A stretch of DNA of 59,798 nt, filler included. It is 5 parts of 5 records of this genome, joined end to end, with 100 filler letters (N's around TTAATTAATTAA, not from the genome) between each part and the next. Parts side by side here need not be neighbours in the genome. Positions count along the whole stretch, not along the records: positions 30,551 to 36,642 come from DRR723986_6643; positions 36,743 to 54,222 come from DRR723986_6644; 3 more parts are not named here. The stretch is one strand, 5' to 3'. Position numbers and translations under genes: made by a program. Below the pieces are notes generated by a model. It saw nothing but the letters and a program-made list of their open reading frames with translations, was not told the origin of the DNA and made no database searches. Positions 31,884 to 40,131 of this stretch are shown piece after piece; position 1 is the stretch's first letter, and each line of letters starts with the position of its first letter.

Positions 31884-32660
31884 TCAAACCGCCTTGAGGG
31901 CTGGCGCGGCGCCATTCTCTGCCCATTGGCGCACCGCACCGCCAAAGCCGGAAAACAATGGCCGCGACACCGGATCACCCGCTGCATTCCACTCGGGATG
32001 CCATTGCACCGCTAGGGTAAACCCCGGCGCACCCTCGACATAGATCGCCTCAGGCGTGCCATCTTCGGCATGGCCATCAATCACAATCCGTTGCCCGGCA
32101 TGTTTGATCCCCTGCCCATGCAGCGTATTGGTCCGCACCACCGGCGCGCCCATCAACTCGTGAAAGACGCCGCCTTCGGTAAAGGTCACATCATGGCGCA
32201 GCTCGAACTTTTCCTCGATGGTGCCCTCGGGCGGCATCCGGTGGTTCATGCGCCCCGGCAAATCGCGGATCTCGGGATAAAGCGTGCCACCCATCGCGAC
32301 GTTGACCTCTTGGAAACCGCGGCAAATGCCCAAAAACGGCTGGCCGCGCTCCACGCAGGCCCGCACCAGCGGCAAAACAATTGCATCGCGGGCCCGGTCG
32401 AATTCCCCATGCGCCTCGGTCGCATCCTCGCCGTATTCCTCTGGATGCACGTTGGGCCGCCCGCCGGTCAGCAAAAACCCGTCACAAACCTCCAGCAGTT
32501 CCGCAACGCTCACATGTTTGGGGTCGCTGGGAATGATCAACGGCATGCAACCGGCCACTTCGGACAGCGCGTCGGCGTTCATCTGCCCGCCCGCATGCAC
32601 CGGATACTGATCATTCAACAAGTATGAATTGCCGATAATACCAACAACTGGACGGGCCAT
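31884..32660 (-). CDS. Gamma-glutamyl-gamma-aminobutyrate hydrolase family (peptidase C26, PuuD-like)
   Basis: DGFLLTGG, LGICRGFQE, AVQWHPE. Confidence 0.93.
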   Translation of the reverse strand: MARPVVGIIGNSYLLNDQYPVHAGGQMNADALSEVAGCMPLIIPSDPKHVSVAELLEVCDGFLLTGGRPNVHPEEYGEDATEAHGEFDRARDAIVLPLVRACVERGQPFLGICRGFQEVNVAMGGTLYPEIRDLPGRMNHRMPPEGTIEEKFELRHDVTFTEGGVFHELMGAPVVRTNTLHGQGIKHAGQRIVIDGHAEDGTPEAIYVEGAPGFTLAVQWHPEWNAAGDPVSRPLFSGFGGAVRQWAENGAAPALKAV

Positions 32661-32727
32661 AAATCACCAAATGGTTAGACAGGTTCGGGGCAATATAGGG
32701 CGGGATGTTCCCGCCCTCAACCACCCA

Positions 32728-33153
32728 TCAGATCTCGCCGGTCAGACCCGCCGCTTCGATCCCCGCCAGCGCCGCTGCCGCATCATTGTCAGAGGTATCA
32801 CCCGTGACGCCAACCGCGCCAATCACCGCGCCTTTCTTGTCGCGCAACAACACGCCGCCCGGCACCGGGATCACCTGCCCGCCATAGACACCGTTCACCG
32901 CCGCCATGAAATAAGCCTGATCCTCGGCCCGCTTCATCTGCGCCGTGCCCGCCATGCCCAGCATCACCGCGCCGTAGGCCTTGCCATGGGCAATCGAAAA
33001 CCGCCCCGGCGCTGCACCATCTTCGCGCTCAAACGCCTGCACATGGCCGCCTGCATCCAAAACCACCACGGACAATGGCTTCAGCTCCATCTCGCGGCCT
33101 TTTTCCAGTGACTTGCGAATAATGGTCCGCGCCTTGCGCAATGAAATACCCAT
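32728..33153 (-). CDS. glcG: GlcG/HbpS family heme-binding protein
   Basis: VVLDAGG..REDGA..IAHGKAY, PGGVLL..GAVGVTG.TSDND; downstream of glcB. Confidence 0.88.
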   Translation of the reverse strand: MGISLRKARTIIRKSLEKGREMELKPLSVVVLDAGGHVQAFEREDGAAPGRFSIAHGKAYGAVMLGMAGTAQMKRAEDQAYFMAAVNGVYGGQVIPVPGGVLLRDKKGAVIGAVGVTGDTSDNDAAAALAGIEAAGLTGEI

Positions 33154-33171
33154 CTCGATCTTCCTCTTCCC

Positions 33172-33218
33172 TTTTTGGCTCTAAATACTCCGGGGTGCGC
33201 GAGGGGCTGGCCCCTCGC
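33172..33218. repeat. REP-like intergenic palindrome
   Basis: TTTTTGGCTCTAAATACTCCGGGG leader, then the stem GCGAGGGGC-TG-GCCCCTCGC (33199-33218). Confidence 0.5.
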
Positions 33219-33241
33219 ATCCGCCCTGTGTTCCGCGCAGC

Positions 33242-35374
33242 CTAGTCTGCGGCCTTCAACTCCAACCGTCGTGCATGCAGCACAGGCTCGGTATAGCCTG
33301 AGGGCTGCTGCCGCCCTTTCAGCACCAGATCACAGGCCGCCTGAAACGCGATCCCGTCAAATCCCGGCGCCATCGGCTGATAAAGCGGATCACCCGCGTT
33401 CTGCCGGTCCACCACGGCTGCCATCTTTTTCAGCCCGGCCAGGACCTCCGCCTCGCTGATCACCCCGTGATGCAGCCAGTTCGCCATCGCTTGCGCCGAG
33501 ATCCGGCAGGTGGCGCGGTCTTCCATGAGGCCGACATCATTGATGTCCGGCACTTTGGAACAGCCTACGCCCTGATCGACCCAGCGCACCACGTAACCAA
33601 GAATGCCTTGGGCGTTGTTCTCGATCTCGCGGTTGATCTCTTCGGCGCTCAGGTTGCGACCATCCATCACTGGAATGGTCAACAGATCTTCAAGCGTGCC
33701 GCGCGGGCCGCCCGCCTTGATCTCGTCCTGCCGCGCCAGAACATCCACGTGGTGGTAATGCGTGGCATGCAAGGTCGCCGCTGTCGGTGATGGCACCCAT
33801 GCACAATTGGCGCCAGATTTGGGGTGGCCGATCTTGGCCTCCAGCATATCGGCCATCAGGTCGGGCATCGCCCACATGCCTTTGCCGATCTGCGCACGGC
33901 CCTGCAGCCCGCAGGCCAGCCCGATATCGACGTTGCGATCCTCGTAAGAGGCAATCCAGGCGGCGTTTTTCATCTCACCCTTGGGCACCATTGGCCCAGC
34001 CTCCATTGAGGTGTGGATCTCATCTCCGGTGCGGTCGAGGAACCCGGTGTTGATGAAGGCGACCCGCTTTTTCGCGGCGCGAATACATTCGGCCAAGTTG
34101 GCAGAGGTTCGGCGTTCCTCGTCCATGATGCCCAGCTTTACCGTATTCGCAGGCAGGCCCAGCGCCGCCTCCACATGGCTGAAAATCTCATCGGCAAAGG
34201 CCACTTCTTCCGGCCCGTGCATCTTGGGTTTCACCACATAGATACTGCCTTTGACAGAATTGCCGCCCTCACGGGCCAGATCATGCATGGCGATCAGGCT
34301 GGTGATCATCGCGTCCATCAACCCTTCGCCCGCCTCCTGCCCGTCACGGTCCAAAATGGCCGGATTGGTCATCAGATGGCCCACGTTCCGCACCAGCATC
34401 AGGGACCGCCCCTTAAGCGTCAGCGCCGATCCATCCGGCGCGGTATAATCGCGGTCAGCGTTCATCCGGCGGGTCATCTGCGCCCCGCCCTTTTCAAAGG
34501 TCTCTTCCAGATCACCTTTCATCAGGCCCAGCCAATTGCCATAGGCGACCACTTTGTCTTCGGCGTCCACGGCGGCAACGCTGTCTTCGCAATCCATGAT
34601 CGTGGACAGGGCCGATTCCATGATCATGTCGGACACATGCGCCGGATCGGTTTTGCCAATGGCGTGATCGGCATCAATTTGCACTTCGATGTGCAGACCG
34701 TTGTTCTTGAGCAGGATCGCCGATGGCGCATCCGCCGCGCCGCGATATCCGGCAAACTGGGCGGGGTCGGCCAATGCAGGTGCCAATGCGCCGTCCACAA
34801 CACGATATCCCGTCACCTCCGAATGACTGCCACCGGCCAGCGGCGCAACCTCATCGAGAAACGCCTTGGCTTTGGCCACAACACGCGCACCACGCTCTGG
34901 GTCATAACCGCCCTTTGCAGGCAGATCGCCCAGCGCATCGGTGCCATAAAACGCATCATAGAGGCTGCCCCAACGGGCATTGGCAGCGTTCAGCGCAAAG
35001 CGGGCGTTGGTGATCGGCACCACCAGTTGCGGCCCCGGCACCTGTGCGATCTCGGGATCAACATTGGTGGTCTCAATGGAAAACGCGCCGCCCTCAGGCA
35101 CCAGATAACCGATCTCTTTCAAGAACGCGGTGTAGGCTGCCGCATCATGGGCCTGACCTTTGTGATCTTTGTGCCAGCCATCAATTTTGGCCTGAATGTC
35201 CGCACGGGCTTGCAGCAAGCTGCGGTTCTTTGGGCCCAAGTCATGAACAAGCGATGAAAACCCGGACCAAAACGCGTCTGCGTCCACGCCAGTGCCCGGC
35301 AAGGCTTTGGTTTCAATAAAATCCGCCAGCAGCGGGTCAACCTGCAACCCGTGTTTATCGGTCCTGTTTGTCAC
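33242..35374 (-). CDS. glcB: Malate synthase G
   Basis: [48 protein letters not shown]. Confidence 0.97.
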   Translation of the reverse strand: MTNRTDKHGLQVDPLLADFIETKALPGTGVDADAFWSGFSSLVHDLGPKNRSLLQARADIQAKIDGWHKDHKGQAHDAAAYTAFLKEIGYLVPEGGAFSIETTNVDPEIAQVPGPQLVVPITNARFALNAANARWGSLYDAFYGTDALGDLPAKGGYDPERGARVVAKAKAFLDEVAPLAGGSHSEVTGYRVVDGALAPALADPAQFAGYRGAADAPSAILLKNNGLHIEVQIDADHAIGKTDPAHVSDMIMESALSTIMDCEDSVAAVDAEDKVVAYGNWLGLMKGDLEETFEKGGAQMTRRMNADRDYTAPDGSALTLKGRSLMLVRNVGHLMTNPAILDRDGQEAGEGLMDAMITSLIAMHDLAREGGNSVKGSIYVVKPKMHGPEEVAFADEIFSHVEAALGLPANTVKLGIMDEERRTSANLAECIRAAKKRVAFINTGFLDRTGDEIHTSMEAGPMVPKGEMKNAAWIASYEDRNVDIGLACGLQGRAQIGKGMWAMPDLMADMLEAKIGHPKSGANCAWVPSPTAATLHATHYHHVDVLARQDEIKAGGPRGTLEDLLTIPVMDGRNLSAEEINREIENNAQGILGYVVRWVDQGVGCSKVPDINDVGLMEDRATCRISAQAMANWLHHGVISEAEVLAGLKKMAAVVDRQNAGDPLYQPMAPGFDGIAFQAACDLVLKGRQQPSGYTEPVLHARRLELKAAD

Positions 35375-35520
35375 GATGCGCTCCTCCAGTGCAGTGTTCG
35401 GCCTTGCCGCGTTTATCCATATTGTCGCAGTGATACAAGTTAGGGCGGTAAAACAATATTACCAATTCTTAAGGGCTACCGTTCTGTTCAGCCATGACAT
35501 CGCCAGAGCATGCGCCGCAA

Positions 35521-35556
35521 ACGCAAAAAGCACACCCCGAAGGATGTGCTTTGCGT
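35521..35556 (-). terminator. Rho-independent terminator after the small ORF
   Basis: Minus strand AAAGCACATCC-TTCG-GGGTGTGCTTTTT. Confidence 0.8.
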
Positions 35557-35573
35557 CATGATTGTCGTTTGCG

Positions 35574-35765
35574 TCAGTTGCTCGGCTGAACAGTTGTTTC
35601 CGTCCCGATCAAAGTCTCCGCGCTTGGCTCAGTGCCATTCATCAGCGCAAAGATAACAACGCCCAAAAGCATCAGCGCGCCAAAGATCATCGCACCCTTG
35701 ATCCCCAAAAGCGGCGGGCGGTGGTTTTCTTTCTGGGTCTCGATATTTGTGTCAGGTGCAGACAT
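35574..35765 (-). CDS. Small single-TM conserved hypothetical protein
   Basis: GAGGAAGAG RBS, MSAPDTNIETQKENHRPPLLGI plus TM, own terminator. Confidence 0.8.
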   Translation of the reverse strand: MSAPDTNIETQKENHRPPLLGIKGAMIFGALMLLGVVIFALMNGTEPSAETLIGTETTVQPSN

Positions 35766-35868
35766 CGGCTCTTCCTCTCATCAGCTTCGGTTCAGACCCG
35801 GTTGCGGGCCTGCGTTCAGAGACATAACGTGCGGCAAAACAAATTGTTCCATCTCAAGGATCTGCCCC

Positions 35869-36642
35869 ATGCCTGACACAGCCCCCGAAACCATCTATCT
35901 TGCCGATTACACGCCCTTCGGTTTCATCGTGGACAGCGTGGCGCTGACCTTTGATCTGGATCCCCGCGCGACCCGTGTGACCAGCCGCATCGCCTTTCGG
36001 CGCAATCCAGAGGCCAAAGATTTTGATTTCTTCCTGCATGGTGAACAGCTCAAGCTGATCTCGGCCAAGATCGACGGCGCAGCGGTATCGCCCAAGATCA
36101 CCGACAAAGGGCTGCGCTGCGATGTGCCGGACACCCCGTTTGTGTTTGAGGCGGAGGTCGAGATTGATCCAACCGGCAACACCGCGCTTGAGGGGCTGTA
36201 TATGTCCAACGGCATGTATTGCACCCAGTGTGAGGCCGAAGGCTTTCGCAAGATCACTTATTACCCCGACCGCCCCGATGTGATGGCCACTTTTGAAGTC
36301 ACAATCAATGGCCCCCACCCTGTGCTGCTGTCCAATGGCAATCTTGTCAGCAGTTCAAAGCATCACGCCAAATGGTACGATCCATGGCCCAAGCCCGCCT
36401 ATCTTTTTGCATTGGTCGCCGGTGATCTGATCGCCCATCCGGGTGAATTTACCACCCAAAGCGGACGCAAGGTGGATCTGAACCTCTATGTGCGTCCCGG
36501 CGACGAGGGCAAATGCGCCTTTGGCATGGAGGCGTTGATCGCCTCGATGAAATGGGACGAAGAGGTGTACGGTCGCGAATATGATCTTGATCTGTTCAAT
36601 ATTGTAGCAGTGGACGATTTCAACATGGGCGCGATGGAAAAC
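35869..36642 (+). CDS. pepN: Aminopeptidase N (3' truncated)
   Basis: NTALEGLY..CTQCEAEGFRKIT, DPWPKPAYLFALVAG, FNMGAMEN. Confidence 0.96.
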
Positions 36643-36742
36643 NNNNNNNNNNNNNNNNNNNNNNNNNNNNNNNNNNNNNNNNNNNNTTAATTAATTAANN
36701 NNNNNNNNNNNNNNNNNNNNNNNNNNNNNNNNNNNNNNNNNN
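36643..36742. other. Artificial contig linker
   Basis: N44-TTAATTAATTAA-N44. Confidence 0.98.
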
Positions 36743-36772
36743 GATTTGAACCTACGACCTTCAGGTTATGAG
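36743..36772 (-). repeat. att site: duplicated 3' half of tRNA-Met(CAT) starting at the anticodon loop
   Basis: Minus strand CTCATAACCTGAAGGTCGTAGGTTCAAATC; the sequence upstream of CTCATAA is not tRNA-like. Confidence 0.9.
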
Positions 36773-36902
36773 GCGCTCCGCTCCAAACCAAATAACTTTT
36801 CAATAACAGTATCTTATACAGATTTTCGCGACACAACGTCATTCACGTGTCGCACGGAACTGACGTAAACCGTTGCTATTCAAAAGCAACGTAACAGCGT
36901 TG

Positions 36903-38087
36903 CTACTGGATCAGCGGTGGTTTTGCAGGGGTACGCGGGCAGCCCTTTTTCCAATTTTTTGTATTCAACTTCTCGCGCCAATAGTCTGGACGACGCATGC
37001 CCGCCTTCATCAGCATGTTGTCAAGTTCATAGCCACGTATTTCCTTTTCGTGCGGATTGGGAAGCTTTATAGTCTCTCCGTTATCAATCTGGAAAAATTC
37101 ATGGTCGGTTCTGCGCGCAAGCGAACCTGCCAGATAGTTGGTTACGAAGCGTTTGAACTCGGAGCGGTCGGGGCGCTGGTATGGCGCCACCCTTGACGAA
37201 AATCGACGATCTTGCACGATGTACATTGGGCACGCGCCGCGCTCAGATGCCGGATATTTTCGCGAATTCAACGAAATATCCTGTGCAGGCATTAGGCCAA
37301 TGTTGTGAGCAAAGGGATCAACCGCCGCCATTTGGACTGCAACGACGTTCAGGCCCGAATCGACCGCCCCCGCTAACTGACGCTCCATCGCACGTCGGTC
37401 GCGTAGGTCTATTCGATACTTCGAGTAGGGCACGGGGCACGAATCCAAAAAGTCTGCAAGCATTCGGGTCGGGCGCGTGCCATCGCTTAGACGAATTTCA
37501 CGCAGCGTTCTGAAGAGGTAGTAATTGGCTAAACTCTCTTCGAAATCCAAAGGGGACATCGCAAAGGCTTGCCGCTGTTCGACATAATATTCGTATTTTT
37601 TTATCCGACTCCCCACAAAGGGGTCTGCTTCACGCGCCAAGGCCCACGCATCGATCCAAAAGTGATATCGCTCGTGCGAAATCAAAGTTCTCATCGCCAG
37701 TTGCTGCACCTCAGCGAAGGGTAATGATGGTTTGATATCCCTAAAATGAGCCGCGACGGCGGCAATCCCTGCATCAATCAGGAAGATGCCCCACCGACCA
37801 CGATACGGAGGTAAATCTTTGAAACGGAACGACTTGTAAAAAGCCAGCACATCGATGCCCGCCTCGCGCACGACTCTCCGACCGGCTTCGATATTTTCGG
37901 GATCTACATCGTCAATACCCAAGCCAAAGATTGTGTCACCCTCTTCGCGAACGCGCAGAAGTTCACCGCCTATTTCGTCCGGCTCCATAGGCATCGTCGT
38001 CGGGTTCAGGATACGTGGCGCACCGCGACCTGGATCGTCGGCGAGCCGTTCCAAGACAGGCGCAGCCACATCGAAAAAATCAGACAT
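36903..38087 (-). CDS. Hypothetical protein: HExxH gluzincin-like domain plus C-terminal HicA-like domain
   Basis: SHERYH...EESLAN; C-terminal RRTDHEFFQIDNGETIKLPNPHEKEIRGYELDNMLMKAGM. Confidence 0.65.
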   Translation of the reverse strand: MSDFFDVAAPVLERLADDPGRGAPRILNPTTMPMEPDEIGGELLRVREEGDTIFGLGIDDVDPENIEAGRRVVREAGIDVLAFYKSFRFKDLPPYRGRWGIFLIDAGIAAVAAHFRDIKPSLPFAEVQQLAMRTLISHERYHFWIDAWALAREADPFVGSRIKKYEYYVEQRQAFAMSPLDFEESLANYYLFRTLREIRLSDGTRPTRMLADFLDSCPVPYSKYRIDLRDRRAMERQLAGAVDSGLNVVAVQMAAVDPFAHNIGLMPAQDISLNSRKYPASERGACPMYIVQDRRFSSRVAPYQRPDRSEFKRFVTNYLAGSLARRTDHEFFQIDNGETIKLPNPHEKEIRGYELDNMLMKAGMRRPDYWREKLNTKNWKKGCPRTPAKPPLIQ

Positions 38088-38164
38088 CGCGTCCCCCAAA
38101 CTCGTCTACATAGAGCAGATCAAACGCGAAAACTTGCGAGTCGGCAATAACGCTGGCCCCAACC

Positions 38165-39268
38165 TCACCCCAGCAGCTTCGCCTCGACCTCGGCCATAGC
38201 GTTCTGGTGGTCCGGCGAAGGGAACAAATGACCGTAGCGTTCCATGGTCATCTGGATCGAGGAATGGCCCGCGAAGGTCATCACCTCTTTGATCGAGAAC
38301 CCCTGCTCAATCCACAGCGACACGGCGAAGTGGCGCAGGTCGTGCCAGCGGACTTTCACATCGGCGCCTGAGCAGAGCTTTCGGAACCGGTCCTGTGTTC
38401 GGGTGTGTTGAAGGATGCCACCGCGCGGGGCCGGGAACACCAGCCCGAGTTCGCTTTTGGGGCAACGCAGTTTCCAACGGCGCAGCGCGTTCAGCACCAT
38501 CGGCCCGGCCGGAATATCACGATAGCCTGCCCGCGATTTCGGCTCTCCCATCTGGTTGTAGGCGTCGGCGCGCTGGCGCACGTAGATGAAACCCTTCTCG
38601 AAATCCACGTCCTGCCAGCGCAGGCCGCGCATCTCCGACGCGCGCAGACCAGTCAGCGCTGAGACGATCAGTTGGGGTTTGAAATCCTCGTCGGCCGCCT
38701 CAATCAGCGCGCGGATCGTTTCCTTGGAAGGCACCGGCGCTTTGTAGTCGATGCGGCTGGACTTGATCACCCGCACGCCCTGCGCGGCATTGGTGAATAA
38801 CTGGCCGTTGTCGATGGCATGGTCGAGGAGCAACTTCAGCGTCGAGAGCGCACGGCGGGTCAAATGCTCGGACCGGCCGTTGACGAGCATCCGGTCGCGC
38901 AATTCGTTCACATGGCGCCGGGTCAGCTGAGTAATAAGCTTATCGCCGATGCCGATGTCGGGGGCGGTGATATGCAGGCGCACATAGTCGCTGTAGCCGC
39001 GCAGGGTGGACCGCTCCATCCGCCGCCCCGTCTTGCAACGCACTTCGCAATGATCGATCCACGCTTTTGCCGCATCGGCCACGGTGACGCTCTCGCTGTC
39101 CGCGAGGTAGGTGTTGTTAGCGACGAGTGAGCGGACCTTCACGAGGTACACGTCGGCATCCTTGCGGCGCGGGAACAACTTGGAACGCCGTTTGCCAGCT
39201 TGGTCGGTAAAATCCACCTGCCAGCGGACCAAGCCCGAGGGCAGCGTACGTTTGCGAATTGTGGCCAT
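38165..39268 (-). CDS. int: Tyrosine recombinase/phage integrase
   Basis: TGLRASE, KS, HDLRH, AGHSS, RYGH catalytic set; N-terminal arm-binding-like beta domain; GGAGGA RBS. Confidence 0.96.
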   Translation of the reverse strand: MATIRKRTLPSGLVRWQVDFTDQAGKRRSKLFPRRKDADVYLVKVRSLVANNTYLADSESVTVADAAKAWIDHCEVRCKTGRRMERSTLRGYSDYVRLHITAPDIGIGDKLITQLTRRHVNELRDRMLVNGRSEHLTRRALSTLKLLLDHAIDNGQLFTNAAQGVRVIKSSRIDYKAPVPSKETIRALIEAADEDFKPQLIVSALTGLRASEMRGLRWQDVDFEKGFIYVRQRADAYNQMGEPKSRAGYRDIPAGPMVLNALRRWKLRCPKSELGLVFPAPRGGILQHTRTQDRFRKLCSGADVKVRWHDLRHFAVSLWIEQGFSIKEVMTFAGHSSIQMTMERYGHLFPSPDHQNAMAEVEAKLLG

Positions 39269-39343
39269 GGGGTCCTCCAATCAGTCATCAGGCCCAGGTG
39301 CGCGAGGAAAATCAGATTTTGATTTACCGTCGCTCAAAAACCA

Positions 39344-39392
39344 TTGACAGGGTGTCAGTGGTCACATATTCATAGGTCTGACAGATTGTCAA
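39344..39392. promoter_or_regulatory. Divergent promoter/operator region with two TGACA-N3-TGTCA palindromes
   Basis: TGACAgggTGTCA at 39345-39357 and TGACAgatTGTCA at 39379-39391; each contains a TTGACA, on opposite strands. Confidence 0.65.
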
Positions 39393-39403
39393 AGGATAGC
39401 TCG

Positions 39404-39862
39404 ATGACACAACTCATTACCATTCAGCAACTCACCGATGCGCTGAATCTCACCCGTTATCAAGTCGACGCTTGGATCTCGCGGGGTTACTACAAACCGA
39501 AAAACGACGCCGAGAAGGGCAAGGCGCGCGACTTCACAATTAATGATGCCATAGCACTGGGGGTCATCGCGGCCTTCGTTCGGCTCGGGTTTCAAGCGAA
39601 AGACGTTGGGCCTCAAGTCAATTGTGGCGTCTACGGCTTCAAGGACGACCGCGCCCTCTTCGCTATCTGCGAAGGTCCAGTTCGCCTCACGAGTGAACCA
39701 AATGCGGCATACGTCGAACCTGATATGGCCGCCCCCTTCTCCAAGATCATACCTGCAAAACGCCTGCCCGAGTTGCTCGATGATCCCGAGATCACCTCGT
39801 TCGCCATCGTAGACTTGGATGAGATCGAGACCCGCATCAAGCGCACGCTGCCTGCCGCCTAA
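39404..39862 (+). CDS. MerR-like HTH regulator
   Basis: ITIQQLTDALNLTRYQVDAWISRGYYKP...KARDFTINDA wHTH pattern. Confidence 0.72.
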   Translation: MTQLITIQQLTDALNLTRYQVDAWISRGYYKPKNDAEKGKARDFTINDAIALGVIAAFVRLGFQAKDVGPQVNCGVYGFKDDRALFAICEGPVRLTSEPNAAYVEPDMAAPFSKIIPAKRLPELLDDPEITSFAIVDLDEIETRIKRTLPAA

Positions 39863-39885
39863 GCACCCTCTCAAGGAGAACCATC

Positions 39886-40131
39886 ATGAAAACGAGTTTG
39901 CGGGCTGGACCCGCCACGGAAGAGTCATGCCCAACGCTTGCCGAAGACTTGCTTCGCGGCGCTGAAGAAATCGCAATCTTCATGTTCGGCGACGTGAAGC
40001 ACCGCCGCAAGGTTTACTACCTCACTGGCGAAGCGCCGCGCGGCCTGCCGCACTTCAAGATGGGCTCCGTGATCTGTGCGCGCAAAAGCACGATCCGGGC
40101 TTGGATTGCCGAACAGGAGGGGCGTGCATGA
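39886..40131 (+). CDS. AlpA/excisionase-like small DNA-binding protein
   Basis: DLLRGAEEIA..RRKVYYL..LPHFKMGSVICARKSTIRAWI; AAGGAG RBS; satellite-typical position. Confidence 0.8.
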   Translation: MKTSLRAGPATEESCPTLAEDLLRGAEEIAIFMFGDVKHRRKVYYLTGEAPRGLPHFKMGSVICARKSTIRAWIAEQEGRA

